The notes beneath the pieces were generated by a model. It did not search any database. It worked only from the letters and a program-made list of their open reading frames with translations, and had not been told where the DNA came from. Positions 10,595-18,724 of a stretch of DNA of 32,000 nt are shown piece after piece. This DNA is from Bacteroidales bacterium. Its GTDB lineage: Bacteria > Bacteroidota > Bacteroidia > Bacteroidales > FEN-979. The stretch is from NCBI GenBank assembly GCA_038244085.1, contig JBBRTX010000004.1, positions 163,179 to 195,178 of the forward strand. The letters are read 5' to 3'. The translations under genes and the position numbers were made by a program. Numbering within the stretch: the stretch's first letter is position 1; every line of letters starts with the position of its first letter.

Positions 10595-11524
10595 CTAAAA
10601 ATAAACCGGATGAAACCTGAATTTGCCTAAGGTGTTGTATTCCAGTGCCGGGAATGGGATTTTGATAAAGTTCAATAAAACAAAAACGGACCGCAGGGTT
10701 TTGGAACGCGTTTTAATTCTCGTAAGATCTACATCAAGAGAAAGATAAAACTTCCGGTACCTTGTGAAATCCTGTATTTCCCGGTTTACGGTGTTTTGAT
10801 TGGCTCCGGTCATCCCTTCGGCACCATATCCGAAAGCCACATTCAGCCACCTGGGAAACCGTGAACGGGCAGGGAGAAAGGAATGGATGTTCCCTGAAAG
10901 CCAATAGGATTGTCCGTTATAATCTTTAAAGGTATTCTGCAGCAGGTTGGAACCGAGAAGATCAGGACGAAGAGCGGAATACTTTGTATGATGGTAGCTG
11001 TATTTCAACACGAACCGCTGTTCTTTCCAGATCCATTGTTGCCCCATGAACAGCACGCAGCCGGATGTATTCGAGAGAAAATCGCCCACCGAAAACCCCC
11101 AGCCCTTAGAGAAACCATCCAGAATTTCAATATTCAGGAGATAGGCAAACCCGAACAATCCGCCGAACCATACCGATTTGTTCTCATCCACCCCGGCCCA
11201 CCGGTAAGATTCATACCCGATCCGGCTTACATAAAAAGAGGTAGTGGCATGGCCAATCTTGTCCATCTGCATCCATTCGTTGTTGTCGTTGAAAAAATGA
11301 AACCTGCTTTGCGGATAATCCTTGTACCAGGCAAAATACAAACCGGTCAGGGAGGCGAGATATAAGGTTCCCTCCGTAAGAATCACGCCCGTGAGCCTGC
11401 CTTCATGGATTTTTATTGTATCGGCGGGCGGCAGGGAATCCGAATTAGCTGAAAAACCCTGGACAGTGACACCCAGAAGGAGCATAAAAATGAGAACGAT
11501 GTGAAAGGATTTTCCTGCCCTCAT
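10595..11524 (-). CDS. DUF2279-like predicted outer-membrane/periplasmic protein with signal peptide
   Basis: N-terminal signal peptide; LTEGTLYLASLTGLYFAWYKDY, MDKIGHATTSFYVSR, GFSKGWGFSVGDFLSNTSG; beta-rich C-terminus. Confidence 0.75.
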   Translation of the reverse strand: MRAGKSFHIVLIFMLLLGVTVQGFSANSDSLPPADTIKIHEGRLTGVILTEGTLYLASLTGLYFAWYKDYPQSRFHFFNDNNEWMQMDKIGHATTSFYVSRIGYESYRWAGVDENKSVWFGGLFGFAYLLNIEILDGFSKGWGFSVGDFLSNTSGCVLFMGQQWIWKEQRFVLKYSYHHTKYSALRPDLLGSNLLQNTFKDYNGQSYWLSGNIHSFLPARSRFPRWLNVAFGYGAEGMTGANQNTVNREIQDFTRYRKFYLSLDVDLTRIKTRSKTLRSVFVLLNFIKIPFPALEYNTLGKFRFHPVYF

Positions 11525-11525
11525 A

Positions 11526-12575
11526 TCAGCGGATATTCAGTTTGTTCAGCGCTCTCTGGTATTTCGCCGCATTTCGTGAATGCTGGTCAATGGTGACTGC
11601 AAAAGTATGGTAACCGGAAAGATCGTCTTTTGCACAAAAATACATGTATTCGTGTTTCCGATAGTTCAGCACGGCATCGATAGAAGCAATGGATGGCAGG
11701 CAGATAGGGCCGGGTGGTAAACCCGTATGCAGGTAAGTGTTGTAAGGCGAATCAATGGATTTGTGGAAATTCAGGACTCTCTTAATGGTGTAGTCGTTCA
11801 GCGCGAAAATCAGCGTCGGGTCAGCCTGCAGGGGCCATGATTTTTGAAGACGGTTCATATACACACCTGCAATAATCGGTTTCTCTGCATCTTTGTTGGT
11901 CTCTTTCTCGACGATCGAGGCAAGGGTTATCACTTCCGGGATGGTTAATCCGGTAAGACTGATCTTTTCCACCCGTGTATCGTTCCAGAATTTCTTTTGC
12001 TCTTTGTACATCTTCCGGATGAACTGATCAGCAGAAGTGTTCCAGTAAAATTCATAGGAGTTTGGGATAAACAGGCTGAATGCAGAGGCCGGCGTTACGT
12101 CGAACTGCTGCAGGTATTCCGGATCATTCAGTAACCGGAGTAACTTTATGGAATCGGCCTCAATCTGACTTCCGATCCTGCCTGCCAGATCTTGTTTCGT
12201 TCGGATATTGTTAAAAACCAGCATCACGGGCTCCTGTTTCCCGGAAATCAAAAGGTTAATCAGCTGATTATTGCTCATCCCGTTCTTGATGCGGTAGCGG
12301 CCGGGTTTGATTTTAGTGGCATAATCTTTCTTTGTGGCAACCCATTCAAAGGACTTTGCATTGATCAGGTAATTCTTTTTGTTCAGGGAATCCTTGACAA
12401 CAGAAAAATCTGCCCCTGTCGGAATATAAAGAAAGGTATTCGTTTTTCCATCCATCTGGATGTTTGGTTTGAAGATGTACCAGTAATACCGGAGTCCGAA
12501 AATACAGATCAGGATAATCAGCAAGGAGAATATCCCCGTCAGGACAAGCCGTAATTTTCTTGAACGAAGTTTCAT
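11526..12575 (-). CDS. mltG: endolytic transglycosylase MltG
   Basis: Single N-terminal TM; SLTGLTIPEVITLASIVEKETN, AGVYMNRLQKSWPLQADPTLIFAL, YNTYLHTGLPPGPICLPSIASIDAVLNY...FCAKDD. Confidence 0.93.
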   Translation of the reverse strand: MKLRSRKLRLVLTGIFSLLIILICIFGLRYYWYIFKPNIQMDGKTNTFLYIPTGADFSVVKDSLNKKNYLINAKSFEWVATKKDYATKIKPGRYRIKNGMSNNQLINLLISGKQEPVMLVFNNIRTKQDLAGRIGSQIEADSIKLLRLLNDPEYLQQFDVTPASAFSLFIPNSYEFYWNTSADQFIRKMYKEQKKFWNDTRVEKISLTGLTIPEVITLASIVEKETNKDAEKPIIAGVYMNRLQKSWPLQADPTLIFALNDYTIKRVLNFHKSIDSPYNTYLHTGLPPGPICLPSIASIDAVLNYRKHEYMYFCAKDDLSGYHTFAVTIDQHSRNAAKYQRALNKLNIR

Positions 12576-13132
12576 CTGGATGAAAAAAGAAACTGAAACA
12601 TCATTTCATCAGCCCATTGATTATCCTGGTACCGCCATTCTTTTTTCAAACCGCATTGTACAAAACCCAGTTTCTGAAAAAGGCTTATGCTGGCCGCATT
12701 TCCAGTAAGTATTGAACAATAAAGCTGATGAAGTTGCAATATTTCGGATGCATAGGCCTTTAACAGTTCAATGGCTTCGAAGGCATATCCTTTTTCCCGC
12801 TCCTCCGGCAATATCAGGATGCCGATGCCGGCACGACGGTGATGTGGGTCGAAATCGAAAATATCAATCGCCCCGATACATTTTTTTTCTGTTTCTGTGG
12901 ATTTTATATCGATCATCAGTCTCAATTGTTTTTCCGCGTAAATGTCATGTTGCGAAGAAAAAACATACTGTTCAATCTGATACTTCGAGAAGGGCGTAAT
13001 CGTATTTCCGGCTCTCCAAACCAACGGATCATTTTCAAGTTCGAAAAGGAAATGGATATCCGCAGGCTCCACGGCGCGGAGATGCATTCTCTCCGACTGA
13101 AGGATCTTTATTTCTTTTTTGAGTGGTTCCAT
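12572..13132 (-). CDS. GNAT family N-acetyltransferase (RimJ/RimL/SpeG-like)
   Basis: MHLRAVEPADIHFLFELENDPLVW...GIGILILPEEREKGYAFEAIELLKAYA...NAASISLFQKLGF. Overlaps the mltG start by 4 bp (ATGA). Confidence 0.88.
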   Translation of the reverse strand: MEPLKKEIKILQSERMHLRAVEPADIHFLFELENDPLVWRAGNTITPFSKYQIEQYVFSSQHDIYAEKQLRLMIDIKSTETEKKCIGAIDIFDFDPHHRRAGIGILILPEEREKGYAFEAIELLKAYASEILQLHQLYCSILTGNAASISLFQKLGFVQCGLKKEWRYQDNQWADEMMFQFLFSSR

Positions 13133-13198
13133 TTTTTAACTTTCTATAAAGTCAACTACCTGGCAATCAAATTTCAAATACCAAATCCCCGATAAATC

Positions 13199-13990
13199 TC
13201 AAATATTAATTTCACCGCTGAAAACAAAAGTGGCGGCCCCTTCCAGCCAGACATCGGTAAAACGATCCTTATTTCTTTTATAATATACCTTGAGCGGTCC
13301 GCCGTAAGTTTCAACCAGGCATGGCGACTTTTCTATTCCGGTGATAAGCGCAGCAGCCAGTGCCGATGCAGTCACTCCTGTTCCGCAGGATAAAGTTTCC
13401 GCTTCTACACCTCTTTCGTAAGTCCTTACCCGGATATAGTCGGGTTCGATTTTCATGAAATCTACATTGGTTCCTTCCGGATGAAAACTTTCGCGGTACC
13501 TGTTTATCCTTCCTTCCTTGATGATATCAATGCCATCCGGGTCGTCAGCGATTTTAACCAGGTGAGGTGATCCGGTGTTCAGGAAGATCTCTCCAGGGGA
13601 ATAGGAGCCCGGTATGCGGACGTCTTGCATTTTTAGCCTGATCATCGCAATATCATCCCGGTAATCAAGAACAAGGGCCTCATGTTCCCCGTCCATGGCG
13701 GAAAAACGGACTGTCTTTCCTTCAATGCCCAAAAAACGGGCAAAAGAGACGATACACCGACCCCCGTTTCCACACATGGTACTTTCCTTCCCATCGGAAT
13801 TGTAATACCGCATGGCAAAAAGCGTGTCAGTTGAAGAACCGAGCAGGATCAACCCGTCGGCGCCAACACCCCGGTGCCGGTCACATAAAAAGGCTACCTG
13901 GTTCTCCAAGGGTTCCCATTTAAGATCCCGGTTATCAACCAGCAGGAAATCATTTCCTGTGCCGTGGTATTTAAAAAAGTGCAGGTTCAT
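13199..13990 (-). CDS. dapF: diaminopimelate epimerase
   Basis: FFKYHGTGNDFLLVDN, DRHRGVGADGLILL, SDGKESTMCGNGGRCI, NTGSPHLV, TFHPEGTNVDF, YERGVEAETLSCGTGVTA. Confidence 0.96.
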   Translation of the reverse strand: MNLHFFKYHGTGNDFLLVDNRDLKWEPLENQVAFLCDRHRGVGADGLILLGSSTDTLFAMRYYNSDGKESTMCGNGGRCIVSFARFLGIEGKTVRFSAMDGEHEALVLDYRDDIAMIRLKMQDVRIPGSYSPGEIFLNTGSPHLVKIADDPDGIDIIKEGRINRYRESFHPEGTNVDFMKIEPDYIRVRTYERGVEAETLSCGTGVTASALAAALITGIEKSPCLVETYGGPLKVYYKRNKDRFTDVWLEGAATFVFSGEINI

Positions 13991-14103
13991 CCAAATGTAT
14001 GATTAAAAGCCCAATGGAACGTGCGTATCAGTTTTTACTTTTTGTATGTGCCTAACTTACATACTCGTTTCATGGGACAAAAATAGCCTTTTTTATGAGT
14101 TCA

Positions 14104-14184
14104 GTCACCGACATTTTTCCCCCATCCACCGATATTCCCTGTCCGGGGATGAAATATCCTTCTATTTTTGTCACCGAATTTTTT
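14104..14184 (+). promoter_or_regulatory. three degenerate direct repeats of (T/C)CACCGAnnTT upstream of the LiaF-like/LytS/LytTR genes
   Basis: TCACCGACATT at 14105-14115, CCACCGATATT at 14126-14136 (21 bp later), TCACCGAATTT at 14171-14181. Confidence 0.35.
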
Positions 14185-14209
14185 ATCGTACTTTTAACGC
14201 TCTGAAACT

Positions 14210-14956
14210 ATGGAAAACTCAGTTGATCAACCGACAAAACAGAAAGATCTGAAAAAGTTTTCATTTGGCTTTCTGGTCATACTCGCAGGACTTGCCCTAC
14301 TCGCGATTAATTTTGATATCCTTCCTTATTATTTCCGCCATGTGATTTTTTCCTGGCAAATGCTCCTTATCGCCATTGGTGTGATCAGTCTTTCCAGCAG
14401 TGAGAAATCAACTCCCGGTATTATCCTCATCATGATTGGTGGATTTTTTCTGATTCCTGAGATCTTTGACCTGCACATTTCCTTTTCAAGAATTTTCTGG
14501 CCTGTATTACTGATCGCTATTGGAATTTTCATCCTGGTCAAAAGAGGCAATATCCACAATGACAGGTGGCATAGAAGACATACCGGTTTCCGGGAAAGCA
14601 CTTCTTCGCTTGATGAAGGCTTTATCAATGAAACCATTATCTTCAGTGGTTCAAAGCACAGGATCGTTCAACAGGTTTTTCGCGGTGGTAAGATCAGTAC
14701 CCTGTTTGGAGGTTCTGAGATTGACCTAACGCAGGCAAGGCTGGGGGAAGGCCGCAATGAACTGGTGGTTGAATGTATGTTCGGAGGAGTAACCCTTATC
14801 GTACCCAGCGAATGGAGGGTTGTGCTGAATGTCTCTTCCATCATGGGCGGATTTTCGGATAAACGAATGATTTTCCGTCAAAATCCCGACTCACCTGACT
14901 ACCTCGTGGTAAAAGGGACTGCCATCTTCGGCGGCGGTGAAATAAAAAGTATCTGA
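14210..14956 (+). CDS. LiaF/LiaI-like transmembrane protein with C-terminal cell-wall-active-antibiotic-response-type domain
   Basis: 248 aa; four TM helices (FGFLVILAGLALLAINF..., IILIMIGGFFLIPEIF..., ILLIAIGIFILVK) then IIFSGSKHRIVQQVFRGGKISTLFGGSEIDLTQARL...MFGGVTLIVPSEWRV. Confidence 0.82.
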   Translation: MENSVDQPTKQKDLKKFSFGFLVILAGLALLAINFDILPYYFRHVIFSWQMLLIAIGVISLSSSEKSTPGIILIMIGGFFLIPEIFDLHISFSRIFWPVLLIAIGIFILVKRGNIHNDRWHRRHTGFRESTSSLDEGFINETIIFSGSKHRIVQQVFRGGKISTLFGGSEIDLTQARLGEGRNELVVECMFGGVTLIVPSEWRVVLNVSSIMGGFSDKRMIFRQNPDSPDYLVVKGTAIFGGGEIKSI

Positions 14957-14968
14957 TTCTGATCAGCC

Positions 14969-16027
14969 ATGATAGAACATCCTTTTTTTAAGAATTTCCG
15001 TACCATCATTTTTTACTTCAGTTTATGGATCCTCCTTGCGGGGATCCATTTTTCTTTGCTGTTTTTCTTTTACGGACAAACATTCATCCCATCGGTTACC
15101 GACAGTATCGTTTTCAACGGAATCTTATCCTTGCTCGGATTGGCACTCTGGTACACCATTCGTTTCAGTATCCCTAAAAAACCGACCATTTCAAGTATGA
15201 TTATGTCCCAGGGTCCGTTCCTGGTGATCGTGCTCCTGCTTTGGTTCGGTGCGGGCTTTACGATCCTGAAGACGGTCTTTTCTGACAATAAGGTTTATCT
15301 GCGTCTCCTTGATGATTCCATCCCCTGGAGGATCATCAGCGGAACCATGCTCTACCTGTTGATTACCCTGGTTTATTATCTGTTTATCTACTATAACAAT
15401 CTACAGGAAAAGATTCAGACCGAAGCACGACTCAATGAAATGGTGAAGGAATCAGAATTAAATCTTCTGAAATCTCAAATCAATCCCCACTTTCTCTTTA
15501 ACAGCCTCAACTCAATCAGTTCACTCACGGTGACCAACCCGGAGCAGGCTCGTGAGATGACGGTAAAACTGTCGGATTTCCTTCGGTATTCGGTTTCCCA
15601 GGGGAGCGAAAAGTTTACCTCACTGGATTCGGAAATTGAAAATATCCGGAAGTATCTTGACATCGAGAAAGTAAGATTTGGAAGCAAACTGGTTTATGAA
15701 TTTGATCTGGGAAAAGAGTGTGCAGGCATAAGGATCCCGGTGATGATTCTGCAGCCACTTTACGAAAACGCAGTCAAACACGGTGTTTATGAAAGTACAG
15801 GGGAGGTGACAATCAGAACGACCTGTTGCCGTGAAGAAAACTTTTCGTCCATTTGTATCACCAATAATTTTGAACCCGGTGCTCCTTCCCGAAAAGGAGC
15901 AGGTATCGGGTTGCGGAATATCCGTGACCGTCTTAAACTAATTTACCGAAATGATCAGTTATTAAAAACGGTGGTCACAGGCAATCAATTCGATGTAACA
16001 CTTCTTATCCCTGATAATCCTATATAA
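14969..16027 (+). CDS. LytS/YpdA-type sensor histidine kinase (His_kinase family)
   Basis: LNLLKSQINPHFLFNSLNSISSLTVTNPEQAREM...LSDFLRYS...EIENIRKYLDIEKVRF...PVMILQPLYENAVKHGV...GIGLRNIRDRL. Confidence 0.93.
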   Translation: MIEHPFFKNFRTIIFYFSLWILLAGIHFSLLFFFYGQTFIPSVTDSIVFNGILSLLGLALWYTIRFSIPKKPTISSMIMSQGPFLVIVLLLWFGAGFTILKTVFSDNKVYLRLLDDSIPWRIISGTMLYLLITLVYYLFIYYNNLQEKIQTEARLNEMVKESELNLLKSQINPHFLFNSLNSISSLTVTNPEQAREMTVKLSDFLRYSVSQGSEKFTSLDSEIENIRKYLDIEKVRFGSKLVYEFDLGKECAGIRIPVMILQPLYENAVKHGVYESTGEVTIRTTCCREENFSSICITNNFEPGAPSRKGAGIGLRNIRDRLKLIYRNDQLLKTVVTGNQFDVTLLIPDNPI

Positions 16028-16063
16028 ATCGCGATGCCGGATGGCGGGGATTTGTAATGCGCT

Positions 16064-16104
16064 CCTTGCACAAACCTTGAAAGCAAGGGTTTCGAACCCC
16101 TGCT
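16064..16104 (+). promoter_or_regulatory. overlapping potential stem-loops between kinase and regulator genes
   Basis: CCTTG(16075-16079)-AAAG-CAAGG(16084-16088) overlaps AGCAAGGGT(16082-16090)-TTCGA-ACCCCTGCT(16096-16104), which has one A·C mismatch. The two are mutually exclusive. Confidence 0.35.
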
Positions 16105-16167
16105 GCAAATGCAAAATTTGGAATTTGATGTAAATTGTGATAAAGGCTATTATTAACACCAAACAAG

Positions 16168-16917
16168 ATGAGTATCAAAACCCTGATCATTGATGACGAG
16201 CAGCCCGCGAGGGATCTCATTCATCATTATCTGAATGCACATGCCGAAATTGAAATCCTGGGAGAATTTCCCGATGGATTTTCCGGAGCAAAAGCCATAC
16301 AGGATCTGAAACCTGACCTGATCTTCCTGGATATCCAGATGCCGAAGATCACCGGATTTGAAATGCTCGAACTGATCGACGAACCACCGGTCGTGATCTT
16401 CTCCACAGCCTATGATCAATATGCCATTAAGGCTTTCGAGATGAATGCCGTAGATTATCTCCTGAAACCCTATTCAAAGGAACGATTTGATCAGGCATTG
16501 CAGAAGGCGATACAAAAGGTTAGTGGCAAGACGCCAGGATCTGCCAATATCAAAGCGGTTTTAACAGCCGTCGATGAAAAAACAGAACACCTTCAGCGCA
16601 TCGCAGTGAAATCGCGTCACAAAATTGATGTAATCCCGGTATCCGAAATCATACACATCCAGGCAGAAGATGACTATGTGATGCTTCATACAGCGACCAA
16701 CAAATACCTGAAGGAAAAAACGATGAAGTATTTTGAAACGCATCTGGAGCCCGGCCGATTCATCCGGATCCACCGTTCCTATATCGTTAATGCCGATTTT
16801 ATTTCGCGTCTTGAGCTATATGATAAAGAAAGTTACGCGGTGATACTGAAAAACGGAACCAGCCTGAAAGCCAGCAATGCAGGATATAAATTACTGAAAG
16901 AAACGTTGCATCTGTAG
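16168..16917 (+). CDS. LytTR-family response regulator
   Basis: REC domain (LIIDDEQPARD...DLIFLDIQMPKITGFEM...YAIKAFEMNAVDYLLKPY) plus LytTR domain (VIPVSEIIHIQAEDDYVMLHT...FIRIHRSYIVN). Confidence 0.94.
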   Translation: MSIKTLIIDDEQPARDLIHHYLNAHAEIEILGEFPDGFSGAKAIQDLKPDLIFLDIQMPKITGFEMLELIDEPPVVIFSTAYDQYAIKAFEMNAVDYLLKPYSKERFDQALQKAIQKVSGKTPGSANIKAVLTAVDEKTEHLQRIAVKSRHKIDVIPVSEIIHIQAEDDYVMLHTATNKYLKEKTMKYFETHLEPGRFIRIHRSYIVNADFISRLELYDKESYAVILKNGTSLKASNAGYKLLKETLHL

Positions 16918-16926
16918 AACGATTCG

Positions 16927-18351
16927 TTAATCCGCCTTCACAATGCGATGAATCTTGATAAAATTGGTTCCTCCGGGATGGGCGGGGATTCCCGCTAACA
17001 GAAGGATCTGGTCGTCATTTTTCACCAGCCCGAGTTGAAGCAGGACTGAGGATGCCATTTTCGTCATGTCATTCATATTATCAGGATGCAGGCCTACCAG
17101 GAAGGGCCTGACGCCCCATAAAAGGTTGAGGGTATGGTAGGCTTTCTCGTTGGTTGTTATTGCGAAAACCGGCGTTTTGGGTCTTTCGGCAGCCACAAAT
17201 GCAGCGCTTCGACCGCTGGTAGTCAGAACCACAATGCCTGACAAATCAATAATGTGTTCGATATGGTTGACAGCACTGCTTAGCGCAACAATGGGTGAAT
17301 CTCCTGTGGGCGGGTAATTCTTGAAATCGATTTTTGATTCAACATCACAACAGATCTTATGCATCATTTCCACCGCTTTTACGGGAAAGTCGCCCATAGC
17401 CGTTTCTCCCGACAGCATAATCGCATCGGTGCCGTCGATGATCGCGTTGGCAACATCACTGGCTTCGGCGCGGGTAGGCCGGGGTTCATGGATCATGCTT
17501 TCCAGCATCTGAGTGGCTGTTATAACCGGTTTACCTACCCGGTTACAGCGTTCAATGATTTGTTTCTGCAGCATAGGTACTCTTTCAGGACTCATTTCCA
17601 CGCCTAAGTCCCCACGCGCTACCATGATGCCATCTGCTTCAGCAACAATCTCTTCAAGATGATCGATGGCCTGAGGTTTTTCAATTTTCGCGATGACCGG
17701 TGTTGCAAATCCTTTACCGGCGATAATTCTTTTTAGTTCCTGCACATCATCTGCCTTCCGGACGAAACTGAGGGAGATCCAGTCTACCCCCATGGAAAGC
17801 CCGAATTCCAGATCTTTAAGATCCTTATCCGTGAGGGAAGGCAATTTCAGGTTGAGGTTAGGAAAGTTAACCCCTTTTCTGCTTTTGATAATGCCTCCCT
17901 CCACCACCAGGCATTTTACCTCTGTGCCTTCTATACCGGTTACTGTAAATTCAAAGAGTCCGTCTGCAAGCAGCACCTGCATTCCCGGCCGGGCTTCTTC
18001 TGCCAGATAGGGATAATCAACCGGGATTTTCCCTGATTCATCCTGATAACCTGCTTCCGGAACCAGCGAAATAACATCACCCTTCCTGACTTCGATTTCT
18101 CCATTGTGGAGTTTTCCGACCCGAATCTTAGGGCCCTGAAGGTCTTGCAACAGGGTTACCGGGGTCTTTAATTCCTCAGAAATGCTTCGTATGGTGCGGA
18201 TCACTTTTTCATGTTCCTCATAACTGCCGTGGGAAAAATTTAACCTGGCTACATCCATCCCCGCATGAATCAATGCCCGGATTATTTCGGGTGAATTACT
18301 GGATGGACCGATGGTGGCAATAATTTTAGTACGTCGCAGGAGAGGTTGCAT
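16927..18351 (-). CDS. pyk: pyruvate kinase
   Basis: MQPLLRRTKIIATIGPSS...RLNFSHGSYEEH...LQDLQGPKIRVG...DWISLSFVR...IAKIEKPQA...GIMVARGDLGVEMS...GKPVITATQMLESMI...PTRAEASDVANAI.DGTDAIMLSGETAMG. The ORF extends to 18447, but the homologous start is at 18351. Confidence 0.96.
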   Translation of the reverse strand: MQPLLRRTKIIATIGPSSNSPEIIRALIHAGMDVARLNFSHGSYEEHEKVIRTIRSISEELKTPVTLLQDLQGPKIRVGKLHNGEIEVRKGDVISLVPEAGYQDESGKIPVDYPYLAEEARPGMQVLLADGLFEFTVTGIEGTEVKCLVVEGGIIKSRKGVNFPNLNLKLPSLTDKDLKDLEFGLSMGVDWISLSFVRKADDVQELKRIIAGKGFATPVIAKIEKPQAIDHLEEIVAEADGIMVARGDLGVEMSPERVPMLQKQIIERCNRVGKPVITATQMLESMIHEPRPTRAEASDVANAIIDGTDAIMLSGETAMGDFPVKAVEMMHKICCDVESKIDFKNYPPTGDSPIVALSSAVNHIEHIIDLSGIVVLTTSGRSAAFVAAERPKTPVFAITTNEKAYHTLNLLWGVRPFLVGLHPDNMNDMTKMASSVLLQLGLVKNDDQILLLAGIPAHPGGTNFIKIHRIVKAD

Positions 18352-18362
18352 AATTTTTTTTA

Positions 18363-18370
18363 CAAAGGTA
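18363..18370 (-). promoter_or_regulatory. possible Bacteroidota -7 element (TACCTTTG) for pyk
   Basis: Matches TAnnTTTG on the minus strand about 11 nt upstream of the ATG. No clear -33 element at the standard spacing. Confidence 0.3.
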
Positions 18371-18724
18371 AAAGGTATAACCCAAATAGCAGTAAATAAA
18401 CAAACGGGGCCGATGATACAACATGACAATTTTTGTAATTCATTCAATATGATTATATTTTTAAATCGATGTATGACTGTAATCCCGGGCTTTCTCGATG
18501 TGTTTTTTACCGCATAGTTAACCTAACAAGTGTTCTGAAATTTTACAGAAGAAATTCGGTTTGTATTTGTAAATATCTTGTTTTCAGTATGATTCATCGT
18601 AGAATTTTATCTTTACACCCTATAAATAATGTGACAAAATATTTTTTTGTATTAAATTTATTTATATTTGGGGAAATATTTTCTGGGTTATTCGATTCGC
18701 TGCGATTTTCCTTTTAGGGTTTAC

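Noticed and set aside
10910-11365. 151-aa plus-strand ORF
   Set aside because: Antisense to the DUF2279-like gene, no domain signal and no signal or transmembrane pattern.
14046-14252. 68-aa plus-strand ORF upstream of the LiaF-like gene
   Set aside because: No homology-like features; it overlaps the start of the better-supported LiaF-like CDS and the candidate regulatory repeats.
16082-16104. tRNA or tmRNA 3' end on the minus strand (T-arm-like AGGGG-TTCGAAA-CCCTT)
   Set aside because: No matching 5' acceptor strand (TGAAAGC expected), D-arm or anticodon arm is present in the preceding 80 nt of the minus strand. Only the T-arm resemblance remains.
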